Positions 37,986 through 49,287 are shown, counted from the stretch's first letter. The stretch is DNA of 64,000 nucleotides from Deltaproteobacteria bacterium (GCA_026417175.1 JAOADT010000001.1:38918-102917), one strand, 5' to 3'. The notes: generated from the letters alone by a model not told the origin. Program-made: numbers and translations.

Positions 37986-38581
37986 TTTTTATTCTTTTCT
38001 GCTCTAAAACTGCTCATTAGTTCATACTCTGATGAGATATATGGCATGGGGTCGACAAGTTTGATTATAGCATCCTCATTAATCAAATTCCAGTCAAGCC
38101 GCTGCGTAGCTTTACCAATTACTCTACCAATTGAAATATGGATGTGAGGGAAAATACCATTTTTTACATTTTGAGAGATGACGCCTAGAATTTGACCTTC
38201 TTTTAATTCCTTTCCTTCCTTTATATCTACATCTAAATCCAGATGGCCATATGCCCACAAAAGATCGGGGTGCGAAAAAACGAATAATGACTTTCCGAGG
38301 TAGTCGTCCACAACCGAAACGACGTATCCAGAAAACAGCGAAGGCACAAACATCCCTGGCTTTATCCTATCTACTTTCTTTACTTCTGTCCTGTAAAAGC
38401 AGAGGTCAACACCTTGATGAGGTTTTGTTCTTTGCTTTCCTTCATTCCACCATTTTTTTTGACTTTCAAAAAGCATTCCTGGATAAAAAACCCAGTTCCT
38501 AAATGAACTAAATTTGATCCCGTTCGACTCAAAAAAAAGTCTGGTAAAATCACTTTCAGCCTTTTTCATGGATACTATCAT
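37982..38581 (-). CDS. M23 (LytM)-family metallopeptidase-like protein without a signal peptide
   Basis: 199 aa. HQGVD (HxxxD) and PHIHISIG (HxH) motifs. No N-terminal hydrophobic segment. Its TGA overlaps the ATG of the downstream DUF362 gene (ATGA at 37982..37985). Confidence 0.6.
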   Translation of the reverse strand: MIVSMKKAESDFTRLFFESNGIKFSSFRNWVFYPGMLFESQKKWWNEGKQRTKPHQGVDLCFYRTEVKKVDRIKPGMFVPSLFSGYVVSVVDDYLGKSLFVFSHPDLLWAYGHLDLDVDIKEGKELKEGQILGVISQNVKNGIFPHIHISIGRVIGKATQRLDWNLINEDAIIKLVDPMPYISSEYELMSSFRAEKNKK

Positions 38582-38649
38582 AATCTGAAAATAAAAAAAA
38601 TTTCAAAGAATTAATTGACGGGAAATTACACCCGAACCAACTTATTTTC

Positions 38650-38677
38650 TTGATTCTTGCCAAGAAAGTTATAAAAT
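38650..38677 (+). promoter_or_regulatory. Candidate promoter of xerC (near-leaderless)
   Basis: TTGATT (38650..38655), 16 nt, TAAAAT (38672..38677). The ATG at 38688 is only 10 nt downstream and has no SD. Confidence 0.4.
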
Positions 38678-38687
38678 AATATTTTCT

Positions 38688-39575
38688 ATGAATTGCGAAA
38701 AAATAGGGAAGATAAAAGAAGAATTTTTATCCTACCTACAGTACGAAAGGAATTATTCAGAAAATACCTTGCGAGCTTATAAAATTGACATAGAGGAATT
38801 TATATCATTTGTGATCAATAAGGGTTACAGTTTTCTCGATCACCACGGAATTAGAGCATATGTTGTGGAAAAATACAAAGTTTTGAGAAAGACATCTCTT
38901 TCCCGAAAAATATCATCTGTAAAGTCCTTTTACAGGTTTATGAAAAAAAGGGGATACGTGGAGAGAGACCCGACACAAATTATAAAAAGTCCAAAGTCTG
39001 AAAAACGTTTGCCTAAATTCTTCACCGTGGATGAGATGTTCCATTTCCTAGAATCAATTCCAACTAATGGCTTACTAAATAAGAGAAACAAGGCGATATT
39101 TGAACTCATCTATTCCACTGGAATAAGAGCCCAAGAAGCTTTAAACATGAATATAGAGGATATCCATATCGAGGGGATGTGGGTAAAAGTGAAGGGTAAA
39201 GGAGGAAAGGAAAGGATAGTTCCATTCGGCAAAAAGGCGAAAGAGGCAATAATTGATTATCTTGAGGAAAGGGGTAAAAAATTCAAATTCGGGGAAAAAG
39301 ATCCCCTCTTTGTAAATAAAAAAGGAAAACGTCTTTCTTATAGAGGATTACATACCTTGATGCGGAACGTGAAATTCCGCGCCGGCATTCATAAGAATCT
39401 TGCCCTCCACGGCATAAGGCACTCCTTTGCTACTCACATGCTGGATGGAGGTGCAGACCTAAGGTTCATTCAGGAACTTTTAGGTCATTCTAAGCTTTCT
39501 ACAACCCAAAGATATACACATGTTTCAATAGATAAGCTTATGGAAATCTATGATAAAGCACATCCGAGAAAGTAG
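38688..39575 (+). CDS. xerC: Tyrosine recombinase XerC/XerD
   Basis: 295 aa. N-terminal SAM-like core-binding domain and a C-terminal catalytic region ...[39 protein letters not shown]. Classical synteny with hslVU. Confidence 0.88.
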   Translation: MNCEKIGKIKEEFLSYLQYERNYSENTLRAYKIDIEEFISFVINKGYSFLDHHGIRAYVVEKYKVLRKTSLSRKISSVKSFYRFMKKRGYVERDPTQIIKSPKSEKRLPKFFTVDEMFHFLESIPTNGLLNKRNKAIFELIYSTGIRAQEALNMNIEDIHIEGMWVKVKGKGGKERIVPFGKKAKEAIIDYLEERGKKFKFGEKDPLFVNKKGKRLSYRGLHTLMRNVKFRAGIHKNLALHGIRHSFATHMLDGGADLRFIQELLGHSKLSTTQRYTHVSIDKLMEIYDKAHPRK

Positions 39576-40107
39576 GATAAAAAGCACAACGGTAATATGT
39601 GTAAGACACAAAGGTGCCGTTGCTATGGGCGGAGATGGCCAAGTAACGTTAAGTAGCTATATCATGAAAAAAGAAGCAAGAAAGATTAGAAGACTTTATA
39701 AAGACAGGTGTCTGGCAGGATTTGCTGGAGCCTCAGCGGATGCTTTTACTCTGCTTGAAAGATTTGAAAAGAAGTTGGAAGAATACAGTGGTAACATAGT
39801 AAGAGCCTCAGTGGAGCTAGCTAAAGATTGGAGGACTGACAGGTTGCTAAGAAGGTTGGAAGCTTTTCTCGTAGTGGCAGATAAAGAACACACTTATATT
39901 CTATCAGGAACAGGAGATGTGATCGAACCAGATGACGGGATAGCCGCCATAGGATCGGGCGGACCGTATGCCCTTGCAGCGGCAAAGGCACTCATTAGAC
40001 ATACTGATCTTACCGCCCAAGAAATAGTAAAAGAGGCGATGAAAATCGCCTCTGAAATATGTATATACACTAACGAAAACATAGTCATTGAGGAACTACC
40101 TACATGA
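39550..40107 (+). CDS. hslV: ATP-dependent protease subunit HslV
   Basis: [21 protein letters not shown]...[14 protein letters not shown]. The only in-frame start upstream of the catalytic Thr-Thr is the ATG at 39550, giving a 12-residue leader. Confidence 0.9.
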   Translation: MIKHIRESRIKSTTVICVRHKGAVAMGGDGQVTLSSYIMKKEARKIRRLYKDRCLAGFAGASADAFTLLERFEKKLEEYSGNIVRASVELAKDWRTDRLLRRLEAFLVVADKEHTYILSGTGDVIEPDDGIAAIGSGGPYALAAAKALIRHTDLTAQEIVKEAMKIASEICIYTNENIVIEELPT

Positions 40108-41432
40108 AAACGTTGACGCCGAGAGAGATAATGGAAGAACTTAATAGATACATTGTGGGCCAGGAAAAGGCAAAAAAAGCAGTGTCTATTGCTTTACGTA
40201 ATAGATGGCGAAGACAAATGATACCTAAAGAACTGAGGGATGAGGTTGCACCGAAAAACATTATTATGATAGGTCCAACAGGGGTTGGAAAAACAGAGAT
40301 AGCGAGAAGATTAGCTAAGTTGGCAAATGCCCCCTTTCTAAAAGTTGAAGCCACGAAGTTTACAGAGGTTGGATACGTGGGAAGGGATGTGGAATCAATG
40401 ATAAGAGATCTGACCGAACTTGCGGTAAATATGGTCAAAAAGGAGGAACAGGAGAAGGTAATAGAAAAGGCAAAACAAATGGCTGAAGAACGTATTCTAG
40501 ACTTACTTCTACCCCTGAAGAAGTCTGATAATCCTGAAGATTATTCCTCAAGAGTGGCCACACGGGATAAGATAAAACAGAAATTCCTATCGGGACAGCT
40601 TAATGACCGATTCGTTGAGATTGATGTACCAGAAAGAACTATCCCAGTTGTAGAAATTTTTGCAGGCCAGGGATTGGAAGAATTCGATGCGCAACTTAGA
40701 GATCTTTTCAGCAATATATTACCAAAAAAAACCAAAAAGAGGAGGATGAAAGTCAAAGAGGCTTATGAGTACCTTATTCAGGAGGAGTCAAAAAAACTCG
40801 TAGATATGGATAAGGTAATAAGGGAGGCAATAGAGAGAGTTGAACAATCGGGTATTATATTCATTGACGAAATAGATAAGATAGCCAGCAGAGATAAAAC
40901 TTATGGGCCGGATGTTTCTCGAGAAGGTGTGCAAAGAGATATATTGCCCATAGTTGAAGGAACAACAGTAACGACTAAATACGGTATGGTAAGAACTGAC
41001 CATATTCTCTTTATTGCGGCTGGTGCATTCCACATGTCAAAACCGTCTGACCTTATACCTGAATTGCAAGGAAGATTTCCCATTAGGGTGAATTTGGATC
41101 CCCTTACGAAGGATGATTTTTTTAGGATTCTTACAGAGCCCGAGAATGCTCTTATTAAACAGTACAAGGAACTTCTGAAAACTGAGGAAGTTGAACTCGA
41201 TTTCGAAAAAGACGCAATATACGAGATAGCAGAGATTGCTCAGAAGATAAATGAGATGACGGAAAATATAGGGGCTAGAAGGCTATACACTGTAATGGAA
41301 AAGCTTCTGGAAGACATTTCGTTCTACGCGCCGGAAATGAGAGGTCAAAAGGTAGTTATAACAAAGGCATACGTTAGGGAAAAACTTTCGGAATATTTAG
41401 AAAAAGAAGACTTAAGTAGATACATCCTTTAG
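40104..41432 (+). CDS. hslU: ATP-dependent protease ATPase subunit HslU
   Basis: 442 aa. [21 protein letters not shown] and Walker [16 protein letters not shown]. Confidence 0.97.
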   Translation: MKTLTPREIMEELNRYIVGQEKAKKAVSIALRNRWRRQMIPKELRDEVAPKNIIMIGPTGVGKTEIARRLAKLANAPFLKVEATKFTEVGYVGRDVESMIRDLTELAVNMVKKEEQEKVIEKAKQMAEERILDLLLPLKKSDNPEDYSSRVATRDKIKQKFLSGQLNDRFVEIDVPERTIPVVEIFAGQGLEEFDAQLRDLFSNILPKKTKKRRMKVKEAYEYLIQEESKKLVDMDKVIREAIERVEQSGIIFIDEIDKIASRDKTYGPDVSREGVQRDILPIVEGTTVTTKYGMVRTDHILFIAAGAFHMSKPSDLIPELQGRFPIRVNLDPLTKDDFFRILTEPENALIKQYKELLKTEEVELDFEKDAIYEIAEIAQKINEMTENIGARRLYTVMEKLLEDISFYAPEMRGQKVVITKAYVREKLSEYLEKEDLSRYIL

Positions 41433-41434
41433 TC

Positions 41435-42274
41435 ATGGAAGAAAAGATAAATGTTTTACTTGAAGCTCTTCCTTACATAATAAAGTTTCACGGGAAGACC
41501 TTCGTAATAAAGTACGGTGGCGCAGCTATGGAAGAGGAGAGATTAAGGAGAGATTTTGCTAGGGATGTCGTTCTTTTAAAACACGTAGGCATAAATACGG
41601 TTGTGGTACATGGTGGAGGAAAAAAGATAGGAAAGCTGCTAGACGATTTGAAGATCCAGAGTCATTTTATAAATGGTTTGAGAGTCACAGACGAAGAAAC
41701 CCTTGGGGTAGTTGAAATGGTTCTTTCGGGTAGCATAAACAAAGAGATAGTAAAGTATATAAATGAAATGGGTGGTAAAGCCATAGGCCTGTCCGGTAAG
41801 GATGGGAGACTTCTTCTCGCCCAGAGAGTCTCCAATGAAAATCTTGGCCTGGTAGGTGAAGTGGTCTCAGTGAATGTAGACATAATTGAGAGCATAAGCA
41901 AAATGGGATATATCCCAGTCATAGCCCCTGTTGCAGATGGGGCAGATGGCAAAACATACAACATAAATGCAGATACAGCTGCAGGTGCAATAGCGGGAGC
42001 TCTTAAAGCAGAAAAGCTAATCCTTCTCACGGACGTAGATGGTGTTTTGAATTCAAAGGGAGAGCTTTTGTCCATTATAGACGGACGTGACATAGACAAA
42101 CTAATAAATGAAGAAGTGGTAAAGGGGGGCATGATTCCTAAAATCGAATGTGCCAGAGAAGCCCTTAAAAAAGGAGTTGGGAAGGTGCATATAATAAACG
42201 GTAATGTCCCGCACGCACTTCTCCTCGAGATATTCACTGATTCAGGGATAGGAACTCAAATCCAAGGGGTTTAA
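41435..42274 (+). CDS. argB: Acetylglutamate kinase
   Basis: 279 aa. FVIKYGGAAM...VVVHGGG...NINADTAAGAIA. Confidence 0.95.
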   Translation: MEEKINVLLEALPYIIKFHGKTFVIKYGGAAMEEERLRRDFARDVVLLKHVGINTVVVHGGGKKIGKLLDDLKIQSHFINGLRVTDEETLGVVEMVLSGSINKEIVKYINEMGGKAIGLSGKDGRLLLAQRVSNENLGLVGEVVSVNVDIIESISKMGYIPVIAPVADGADGKTYNINADTAAGAIAGALKAEKLILLTDVDGVLNSKGELLSIIDGRDIDKLINEEVVKGGMIPKIECAREALKKGVGKVHIINGNVPHALLLEIFTDSGIGTQIQGV

Positions 42275-42279
42275 AAGAT

Positions 42280-43467
42280 ATGCAGGATGAGGTGATTAGA
42301 AAGGCAAATAGTATAATTGCCAATACATACAAGAGATTTCCGATAGTCATCACAAGAGGTGAGGGATGTTGGGTCTGGGATTTAAACGGAAGAAGGTACC
42401 TTGACTTTATATGTGGTATCGCGGTTTGTAATCTCGGCCACACAAATAGAAATGTGGTAAACGGAATTGTTGCACAAATGGAGAAACTTTCTCACATCTC
42501 AAATCTCTTTTACAATGACATGCAGGTAAAGGCAGCCGATATTCTGGTTCAGAAATCATTTGGGGATAAGGTCTTTTTTTGCAATAGTGGGGCAGAGGCC
42601 AATGAGGCTGCTATAAAGTTGGCCAGAAGATACTCTTACAAAAAATATGGAAGTAAGAGGTTCCACATAATCAGTATGGAAAATTCATTCCATGGGAGAA
42701 CATTAGGAACCCTTTCGGCAACAGGTCAAAAAAGGTTTTGGGAAGGATTTGAGCCCGTACTTCAAGGTTTCATCCATGTTCCATTCAATTCTAGAAAGGT
42801 GGTCGAAGAAAAAATAAAAGAAGGTGTTTGTGCAGTTATTATCGAGCTAATACAAGGAGAAGGAGGGGTTCGCGTTGCGGATCCTGATTTTGTGCGGTTT
42901 CTCCGAAAAATTACCGAAGAAAACGATGTTATCCTCATCATAGACGAAGTTCAAACTGGCATAGGAAGAACGGGAAAGCTTTTCGCTTACGAGCATTTTG
43001 GTATAGAACCGGACCTCATGACCCTCGCAAAAGCTTTAGGAAATGGCTTCCCTTGTGGTGCATTAATAGGTAAGGAAAAATTTATGAATGCGTTTGATAT
43101 TGGAAGTCATGCTTCCACATTCGGTGGAAATCCTTTGGCATCTAGTGCAATTTTAGCGACTCTAAACACTATTTTCGATGAAGATTTGCTCACTAAAGCT
43201 CAGAAAATGGGGGATTACCTTTGGCAAGGATTAAAGAAATTAAAGGAAAATTTTTCCGTAATAAAAGACCTCCGCGGCATGGGGTTAATGTGGGGAATAG
43301 AGGTATCAGCGGATGCTGAAAAAATGGTCCAGGATTTTTTCGAAGAAGGGATACTGATAAATGTAACACAGGGGACAGTTTTGAGGCTCCTTCCGCCTCT
43401 TACCGTCACAAAGGAAGAGATAGATATATTTCTCGAGACGGCAGAGAGAGTTCTAAGAAAATACTAA
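42280..43467 (+). CDS. argD: Acetylornithine aminotransferase
   Basis: 395 aa. Class III aminotransferase: FFCNSGAEANEAAIKLAR, DEVQTGIGRTGK, TLAKALGNG. Confidence 0.92.
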   Translation: MQDEVIRKANSIIANTYKRFPIVITRGEGCWVWDLNGRRYLDFICGIAVCNLGHTNRNVVNGIVAQMEKLSHISNLFYNDMQVKAADILVQKSFGDKVFFCNSGAEANEAAIKLARRYSYKKYGSKRFHIISMENSFHGRTLGTLSATGQKRFWEGFEPVLQGFIHVPFNSRKVVEEKIKEGVCAVIIELIQGEGGVRVADPDFVRFLRKITEENDVILIIDEVQTGIGRTGKLFAYEHFGIEPDLMTLAKALGNGFPCGALIGKEKFMNAFDIGSHASTFGGNPLASSAILATLNTIFDEDLLTKAQKMGDYLWQGLKKLKENFSVIKDLRGMGLMWGIEVSADAEKMVQDFFEEGILINVTQGTVLRLLPPLTVTKEEIDIFLETAERVLRKY

Positions 43468-43490
43468 TTAGACAAGGAGAATTTGTGTAA

Positions 43491-44396
43491 ATGGTAAGAC
43501 ATTTTACGAAGCTTACGGATATAGAGGAGAAAGAGGCCAGGCTTATCTTTCAGAGGGCAAAAGAACTAAAAAACATGAGAAAAGAAAAGATACCCTGTAA
43601 AACCCTTGAAAACAAGATTCTGGCGATGATATTTGAAAAAGCTTCAACTAGAACGAGAATTTCTTTTGAGGTTGGGATTAAAGAGCTTGGAGGAGAAGCG
43701 ATTGTTATGAATGCTTCAGACATGCAATTGAGCCGGGGTGAACCGGTAAAGGATACAGCAAGGGTTTTGAGTAGATACGTACATGCCATAATGATAAGAA
43801 CATTCAGTCAGGATACAGTTGAGGAACTAGCTAGATGGTCAACTATTCCAGTTATAAATGGTCTCTCAGACAAGTATCATCCGTGTCAGATTCTTTCAGA
43901 CATATTTACTATTGAGGAACTTATGGGAAACATTGAAGGAATTCATGTGGCCTACATAGGAGACGGTAACAATGTAGCCAATTCTCTCATAGAAGCATCC
44001 ATGGTGTTCAGGTTCAGATTAACTATGGCAAGTCCTGCGGGATACACACCCGACATTGAGATAGTCGAAAAAGCAAAGAAAGGAGGTTTTTTCGAGCTAA
44101 CCTCTGACCCCCGTGATGCCGTTAAAGGTGCTGATGTTGTTTACACGGATGTTTGGGTCTCTATGGGGCAGGAAAAAGATGCGGAGAGAAAAAGAGAGAT
44201 TTTCAAGCCTTACAAGGTAGACGATCTTCTTCTAAATAAGGCAAAAAAACAAACCATAGTATTACATTGCCTTCCGGCTCATAGGGGTGAGGAGATAACA
44301 GAAGAGGTGTTTGAGAGATTTCAGGATGTGATATTTACACAGGCTGAAAACAGGCTTCACGTACAGAAGTCGCTTCTAGAGTGGCTTATGTTGTAA
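43491..44396 (+). CDS. argF: Ornithine carbamoyltransferase
   Basis: 301 aa. FEKASTRTRISFE, HPCQ, HCLPAHRGEE. Confidence 0.95.
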   Translation: MVRHFTKLTDIEEKEARLIFQRAKELKNMRKEKIPCKTLENKILAMIFEKASTRTRISFEVGIKELGGEAIVMNASDMQLSRGEPVKDTARVLSRYVHAIMIRTFSQDTVEELARWSTIPVINGLSDKYHPCQILSDIFTIEELMGNIEGIHVAYIGDGNNVANSLIEASMVFRFRLTMASPAGYTPDIEIVEKAKKGGFFELTSDPRDAVKGADVVYTDVWVSMGQEKDAERKREIFKPYKVDDLLLNKAKKQTIVLHCLPAHRGEEITEEVFERFQDVIFTQAENRLHVQKSLLEWLML

Positions 44397-44422
44397 GTTT
44401 ATAGCTATTTTGGAGGTCTCAG

Positions 44423-45637
44423 ATGAAAAAAATAAAAAAGGTGGTTCTTGCCTATTCTGGAGGCCTGGATACTTCTGTAATATTACACTGGTTAAAGGAG
44501 AAATACGGATGCGAGGTAATAGCTTATGTGGCTGACATCGGACAGGAGGAAGAACTGGAGGGAATAAAGGAGAAGGCTTACAAAACAGGTGCATCAAAAG
44601 TATACGTAGAAGACCTAAAAGAAGAATTCGCAAGAGACTACATATTCTTTGCGATCAAAGCCTCTGCTGTTTACGAGGGAGCTTATCTAATGGGTACCTC
44701 AATCGCGAGACCCTTAATCGCAAAAAGACAGATAGAAATAGCAAAAATGGAAAATGCAGATGCCGTCGCCCATGGAGCAACAGGCAAAGGAAACGACCAG
44801 GTAAGATTCGAACTAACCTATTATGCGTTTGAACCGAATATTAAAATCATAGCACCTTGGAGAGAATGGGAGTTTACCTCCCGCGAGGAACTTATTGAGT
44901 ACGCAAGAAAAAATCGGATACCCATAGTTGCAACTAAAAAGAAACCGTATAGTATGGATAGAAATCTCATGCATATAAGTTATGAAGGCGGTATCTTGGA
45001 AGACCCCTGGGTAGAACCCAAAGAAGATATGTTCATACTTACAAAGTCTCCGGAAAACGCTCCCGATAAACCCACCTACTTGGAGATCGCCTTCGAAGAC
45101 GGGGCTCCCATAAGTGTGAATGGAAAAAGAATGTCACCATTTGAGCTTATTTCTTTTCTGAATAAGGTAGGTGGAGAGAATGGAATTGGAAGAATAGATA
45201 TAGTTGAGAATCGATTTGTGGGGATGAAATCGAGAGGGGTTTACGAGACACCAGGTTGCACAATTCTACATGTCGCCCATAGGGCTGTAGAATCCATAAC
45301 CATGGATAGGGAAGTCATGCATATAAGAGACAGTCTAATTCCAAAGATTTCAGAACTTATATATTACGGATTTTGGTTTTCTCCCGAAATGAAATGTTTG
45401 AAAGAATTCATAGAAAGTTCGCAGAAAGGTGTGACAGGTGTAGCAAAGGTAAAACTTTATAAGGGTGGCTGTTATATTGTTGGAAGAAGATCTGAAAAAT
45501 CTCTTTACATGAAGGACCTGGCCACATTTGAGAAAGGAAAGATGTATGAACAGAAAGATGCCACCGGATTCATAAAATTGAACGCACTTAGACTCAGGGT
45601 TAAAACCTTGGTAGACAAGGAGGAGAAATTTAAATGA
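44423..45637 (+). CDS. argG: Argininosuccinate synthase
   Basis: 404 aa. [13 protein letters not shown]...[13 protein letters not shown]. Confidence 0.97.
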   Translation: MKKIKKVVLAYSGGLDTSVILHWLKEKYGCEVIAYVADIGQEEELEGIKEKAYKTGASKVYVEDLKEEFARDYIFFAIKASAVYEGAYLMGTSIARPLIAKRQIEIAKMENADAVAHGATGKGNDQVRFELTYYAFEPNIKIIAPWREWEFTSREELIEYARKNRIPIVATKKKPYSMDRNLMHISYEGGILEDPWVEPKEDMFILTKSPENAPDKPTYLEIAFEDGAPISVNGKRMSPFELISFLNKVGGENGIGRIDIVENRFVGMKSRGVYETPGCTILHVAHRAVESITMDREVMHIRDSLIPKISELIYYGFWFSPEMKCLKEFIESSQKGVTGVAKVKLYKGGCYIVGRRSEKSLYMKDLATFEKGKMYEQKDATGFIKLNALRLRVKTLVDKEEKFK

Positions 45638-48111
45638 ACGTCTACGATCCTTCCACGATAGAGTTGAAATGGCAGAAAATCTGGGAGGAAAAAAAACTCT
45701 TCAAAGCATATGAACAAAGTAAAAAACCGAAATACTACCTTCTCGAGATGTTTCCGTATCCTTCGGGAAGGATCCATATGGGTCATGTGAGAAATTACTC
45801 AATCGGAGATGTGATAGCGAGATATAAATGGATGAGAGGTTACAATGTGCTTCATCCAATGGGGTGGGATGCCTTTGGGATGCCCGCTGAGAATGCAGCA
45901 ATGGAACATGGAATACATCCTGCAAAGTGGACTAATCAAAACATAGAGTACATGAAAAATCAGTTGAAAAGACTGGGTTTCAGCTATGACTGGGATAGGG
46001 AAATAGCAACATGCGATGTTGAATACTACAAGTGGGAACAATGGATGTTCTTAAAAATGTATGAAAGGGGTCTTGCGTATAGAAAGAAAGCTCCTGTGAA
46101 TTACTGTGAGAGGTGTACAACTGTTCTTGCAAATGAACAGGTGATCAATGGAAAGTGCTGGAGATGTGGTCAGGACGTAGTGCAGAAAGAGCTTACCCAA
46201 TGGTTCTTTGCGATTACAAAATACGCAGATGAACTTTACGAGTTTTGCGATAAACTTGAAGGTTGGCCAGAAAAAGTGAGACAGATGCAAAAAAACTGGA
46301 TAGGAAAAAGCGAGGGTGCTGAGGTCGATTTTATTATTGAGGACGGAACCCCGCTCCGTATATTTACTACTAGGCCTGACACTCTGTTTGGGGTTACATT
46401 TATGGTCTTGGCCCCTGAACACCCGTTAGCCGAGACTCTCTCTAAAGGGACTAAGTACGAAACTGAGGTTAAGGCATTCATAGAAAGAGTAAAATCCCAA
46501 GACAGGAGCTTCAGAACAGAAATTTCAGCTGAAAAGGATGGCGTCTTTACAGGTCGATACGCCATCAATCCTTTAACAGGACTTAAGGTTCCTATATATG
46601 TTGGCAATTTCGTTCTCATGGAGTACGGAACTGGAGCAATAATGTCTGTCCCTGCCCATGACCAGAGAGATTTCGAATTTGCAAAAAAATATGGGCTTCC
46701 CATAGTTATCACAATAATGCCTTATAATAACACTATTGACCCTCAAACTATGGAGTCAGCTTACGAGGGAGACGGATATCTTGTTAATTCTATGGATTTT
46801 AACGGGATGGATAACCGGGAAGCGATTCCAAAGATAATTGATTATTTAGAAGAAAAAAAAATAGGCAAGAGGGCAACTTATTACAGACTTAGAGACTGGG
46901 GTATTTCGAGACAGAGGTACTGGGGTGCACCTATCCCCATAATTTATTGCGATGAATGTGGCATTGTGCCTGTTCCCTATGAGGATCTTCCAGTGGTTTT
47001 ACCGCTTAATCTTGAAGTTAAGATCGTCGGAAAATCTCCCCTTATGGAAAGCAAAGAATTTTATGAAGCAGCTTGTCCTAAATGCGGAAAACCTGCAAAG
47101 AGAGAAACAGACACAATGGACACGTTTGTAGAGTCCTCCTGGTATTTCTTAAAATTCACATGCCCCGAATACAAAGCCGGTGCCCTTGATAAAACGCTTG
47201 TGGATTATTGGATGCCTGTGGATCAATATATCGGGGGGATCGAACACGCTATCCTACATTTACTCTATTCAAGGTTTTTCAACAGGGTGCTAAATGAAAT
47301 CGGCCTTGTAAGCGTACGGGAACCCTTTAAAAACTTACTCACCCAGGGCATGGTCATCAAAGATGGGGCAAAGATGAGTAAATCGAAAGGTAATGTGGTT
47401 GACCCGGACTATCTAATCGAAAAGTACGGTGCCGATACAACGAGGCTTTACTGCCTGTTTGCAGCCCCGCCTGAGAAAGATTTAGACTGGTCCGATAGGG
47501 GCGTGGAAGGTTGCTATCGTTTTCTTCAGAGGCTTTGGAGATTCATCGTGGAAAAGAAGGAAAGATTGACACAAATAGATTCAAGCGTAATTGTATCTGA
47601 AAAAAATGAAAAAGATCTCGAACTAACATATAAGTTACACAAAACTATAAAAAAAGTGACCGAGGATATTGAAAGATTCCATCTTAACACGGCGATTGCC
47701 GCATCGATGGAATTTTTAAACTTTCTTTACAAACTTCAGGAGGAAAAATCGATTGACCAAGTTTCCCCAGAATTACTTAAAGGATCAATAAAGGTTATAA
47801 TCAAGTTATTGCATCCCTTTGTACCTCATATAACTTCTGAACTGTTTGAGTTAATAGGGGAAAATTTTCAAGATTTAATGGAAGGTTGGCCCATTTACGA
47901 CGAAAAATATATAGAAGAGGAAAAAATTACAATTCCTATACAAATAAATGGAAAATTGAGGGATACTGTTGTGACAAAAAGAGGATTAGAAGAGGAAGAG
48001 CTAAAAAAGCTCGCCCTATCGTCTAATAAGGTAAAAAAATATATTGAAGGGAGGGAGGTAAAGAAAGTTATAGTTTTGCCGGATAAGCTGGTGAATATAG
48101 TATGTCTTTGA
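45634..48111 (+). CDS. leuS: Leucine--tRNA ligase
   Basis: 825 aa. [15 protein letters not shown] (HIGH) and KMSKSKGN (KMSKS). Confidence 0.98.
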   Translation: MNVYDPSTIELKWQKIWEEKKLFKAYEQSKKPKYYLLEMFPYPSGRIHMGHVRNYSIGDVIARYKWMRGYNVLHPMGWDAFGMPAENAAMEHGIHPAKWTNQNIEYMKNQLKRLGFSYDWDREIATCDVEYYKWEQWMFLKMYERGLAYRKKAPVNYCERCTTVLANEQVINGKCWRCGQDVVQKELTQWFFAITKYADELYEFCDKLEGWPEKVRQMQKNWIGKSEGAEVDFIIEDGTPLRIFTTRPDTLFGVTFMVLAPEHPLAETLSKGTKYETEVKAFIERVKSQDRSFRTEISAEKDGVFTGRYAINPLTGLKVPIYVGNFVLMEYGTGAIMSVPAHDQRDFEFAKKYGLPIVITIMPYNNTIDPQTMESAYEGDGYLVNSMDFNGMDNREAIPKIIDYLEEKKIGKRATYYRLRDWGISRQRYWGAPIPIIYCDECGIVPVPYEDLPVVLPLNLEVKIVGKSPLMESKEFYEAACPKCGKPAKRETDTMDTFVESSWYFLKFTCPEYKAGALDKTLVDYWMPVDQYIGGIEHAILHLLYSRFFNRVLNEIGLVSVREPFKNLLTQGMVIKDGAKMSKSKGNVVDPDYLIEKYGADTTRLYCLFAAPPEKDLDWSDRGVEGCYRFLQRLWRFIVEKKERLTQIDSSVIVSEKNEKDLELTYKLHKTIKKVTEDIERFHLNTAIAASMEFLNFLYKLQEEKSIDQVSPELLKGSIKVIIKLLHPFVPHITSELFELIGENFQDLMEGWPIYDEKYIEEEKITIPIQINGKLRDTVVTKRGLEEEELKKLALSSNKVKKYIEGREVKKVIVLPDKLVNIVCL

Positions 48112-48605
48112 GATTCTTAATCGTTTTATGTCTTTTTGCTTTGTTGGTTCAATCTTGCGGATATCAAATTGTTCGTGAAAAAGGAATTTACGAGGGCAAA
48201 ATAAAATCCATATATTTATCCGGCTTTAAAAATGCTACATTCGAACCTCATATTTCTATGTATGTTACAGATGTTTTCGGAGCAGAGCTTCTATCCCTCG
48301 GACTTTTTGAAATAAATAAACCCTCTTCAGAGGCATCTTTAGAAGGACTTATACGGAGAGTCACGATAGGTCCTCAGACTGTAGACAAGAAGGGCATAGC
48401 GGTTGAAAAAAACATCGAGCTGGAGATCGAACTTTCCCTAATATCAAAGGAGGGGATGCTGATAAAAAAGTGGATCTTGACTGAAAGAGAAACATTCAGA
48501 GTTGATGATCCTAACTCTGAAGATTACAACAGGAGGGAGGCAATAAAAAGGGCCGCGGCGAAGATCGCGAGGCGTTTTACATCATTAATTTTTATGGAAT
48601 ACTGA
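48102..48605 (+). CDS. lptE: LptE-like LPS-assembly lipoprotein
   Basis: 167 aa. Signal peptide with lipobox LVQS-C-G. Conserved position directly after leuS, overlapping it by 10 nt. Confidence 0.6.
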   Translation: MSLRFLIVLCLFALLVQSCGYQIVREKGIYEGKIKSIYLSGFKNATFEPHISMYVTDVFGAELLSLGLFEINKPSSEASLEGLIRRVTIGPQTVDKKGIAVEKNIELEIELSLISKEGMLIKKWILTERETFRVDDPNSEDYNRREAIKRAAAKIARRFTSLIFMEY

Positions 48606-48608
48606 CGA

Positions 48609-48887
48609 CTAACCGCTTCCTTGAATTAGCTTATTTATCCTTTTGGTGAACCTAGAAATCTTTCGAGACGCAGTTCTTTTATGAATCACACCTTTGGAGG
48701 CAGCCTTGTTGATCACTGAGATAGCCTTCCTTATAGAATTATCTATAGTTTGAGCATCCTTCTTCTCTTCAATAGCCAAAAGCGCTTTCTTTATGTAAGT
48801 TTTCATCATTGACTTTACACTTGAATTTCTTATTCGCCTTGCCTCCGCCTGTCTCGCCCTTTTTATTGCAGATTTATTTTTTTTCAA
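48609..48887 (-). CDS. rpsT: 30S ribosomal protein S20
   Basis: 92 aa. KSAIKRARQAEARRIRN... TTG start preceded by GGGAGGG. Confidence 0.93.
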   Translation of the reverse strand: MKKNKSAIKRARQAEARRIRNSSVKSMMKTYIKKALLAIEEKKDAQTIDNSIRKAISVINKAASKGVIHKRTASRKISRFTKRINKLIQGSG

Positions 48888-48910
48888 CTAACCCTCCCAA
48901 TTTTTGTGAG

Positions 48911-48939
48911 TATGTATCATGATCTACACTTTTTGTCAA
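48911..48939 (-). promoter_or_regulatory. Candidate promoter of rpsT
   Basis: On the minus strand: TTGACA (48939..48934), 17 nt, TACATA (48916..48911). Confidence 0.4.
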
Positions 48940-49224
48940 TTATTTCCTACCCGCACTTCTCTTTGAAGCCTTAAGAGGATTTATCTTCTGTTCTTCTTGT
49001 TTTACAACCTTCTTTACATGTGTAGCCATAGGACATAAGCCGGACTGCCACTTCTGAGCCGGATACGGGAAGCTTAGACAGTACTTTCCGGTCTCAAACT
49101 CCTTCACCCGACCACAACCATCACACTTGTCTATCACAGGATAACAGCTACCTCCATTGTATGAACACCCGGTCTTTTTCATAAAAACGCATTCTACTCC
49201 TTTCTTTATGGTTTCACAAACCAT
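48940..49224 (-). CDS. PxxKW-family cysteine-rich small protein
   Basis: MVCETIKKGVEC...CSYNGGSCYPVIDKCDGCG...YPAQKWQSGLCPMATH contains the P-x-x-K-W motif and 9 Cys. The ATG at 49224 lies 5 nt after AGGAGG. Confidence 0.6.
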   Translation of the reverse strand: MVCETIKKGVECVFMKKTGCSYNGGSCYPVIDKCDGCGRVKEFETGKYCLSFPYPAQKWQSGLCPMATHVKKVVKQEEQKINPLKASKRSAGRK

Positions 49225-49287
49225 AAGCACCTCCTACTATTCAATTTTCTGTGCGAATTTTAAACCAAGCTAAAAAACCGGCCCGTT

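Noticed and set aside
38688-39575. Tyrosine recombinase as a marker of an integrated mobile element or prophage
   Set aside because: It is a XerC/XerD-type protein in the classical xerC-hslV-hslU arrangement. No phage genes, tRNA target or direct repeats are nearby.
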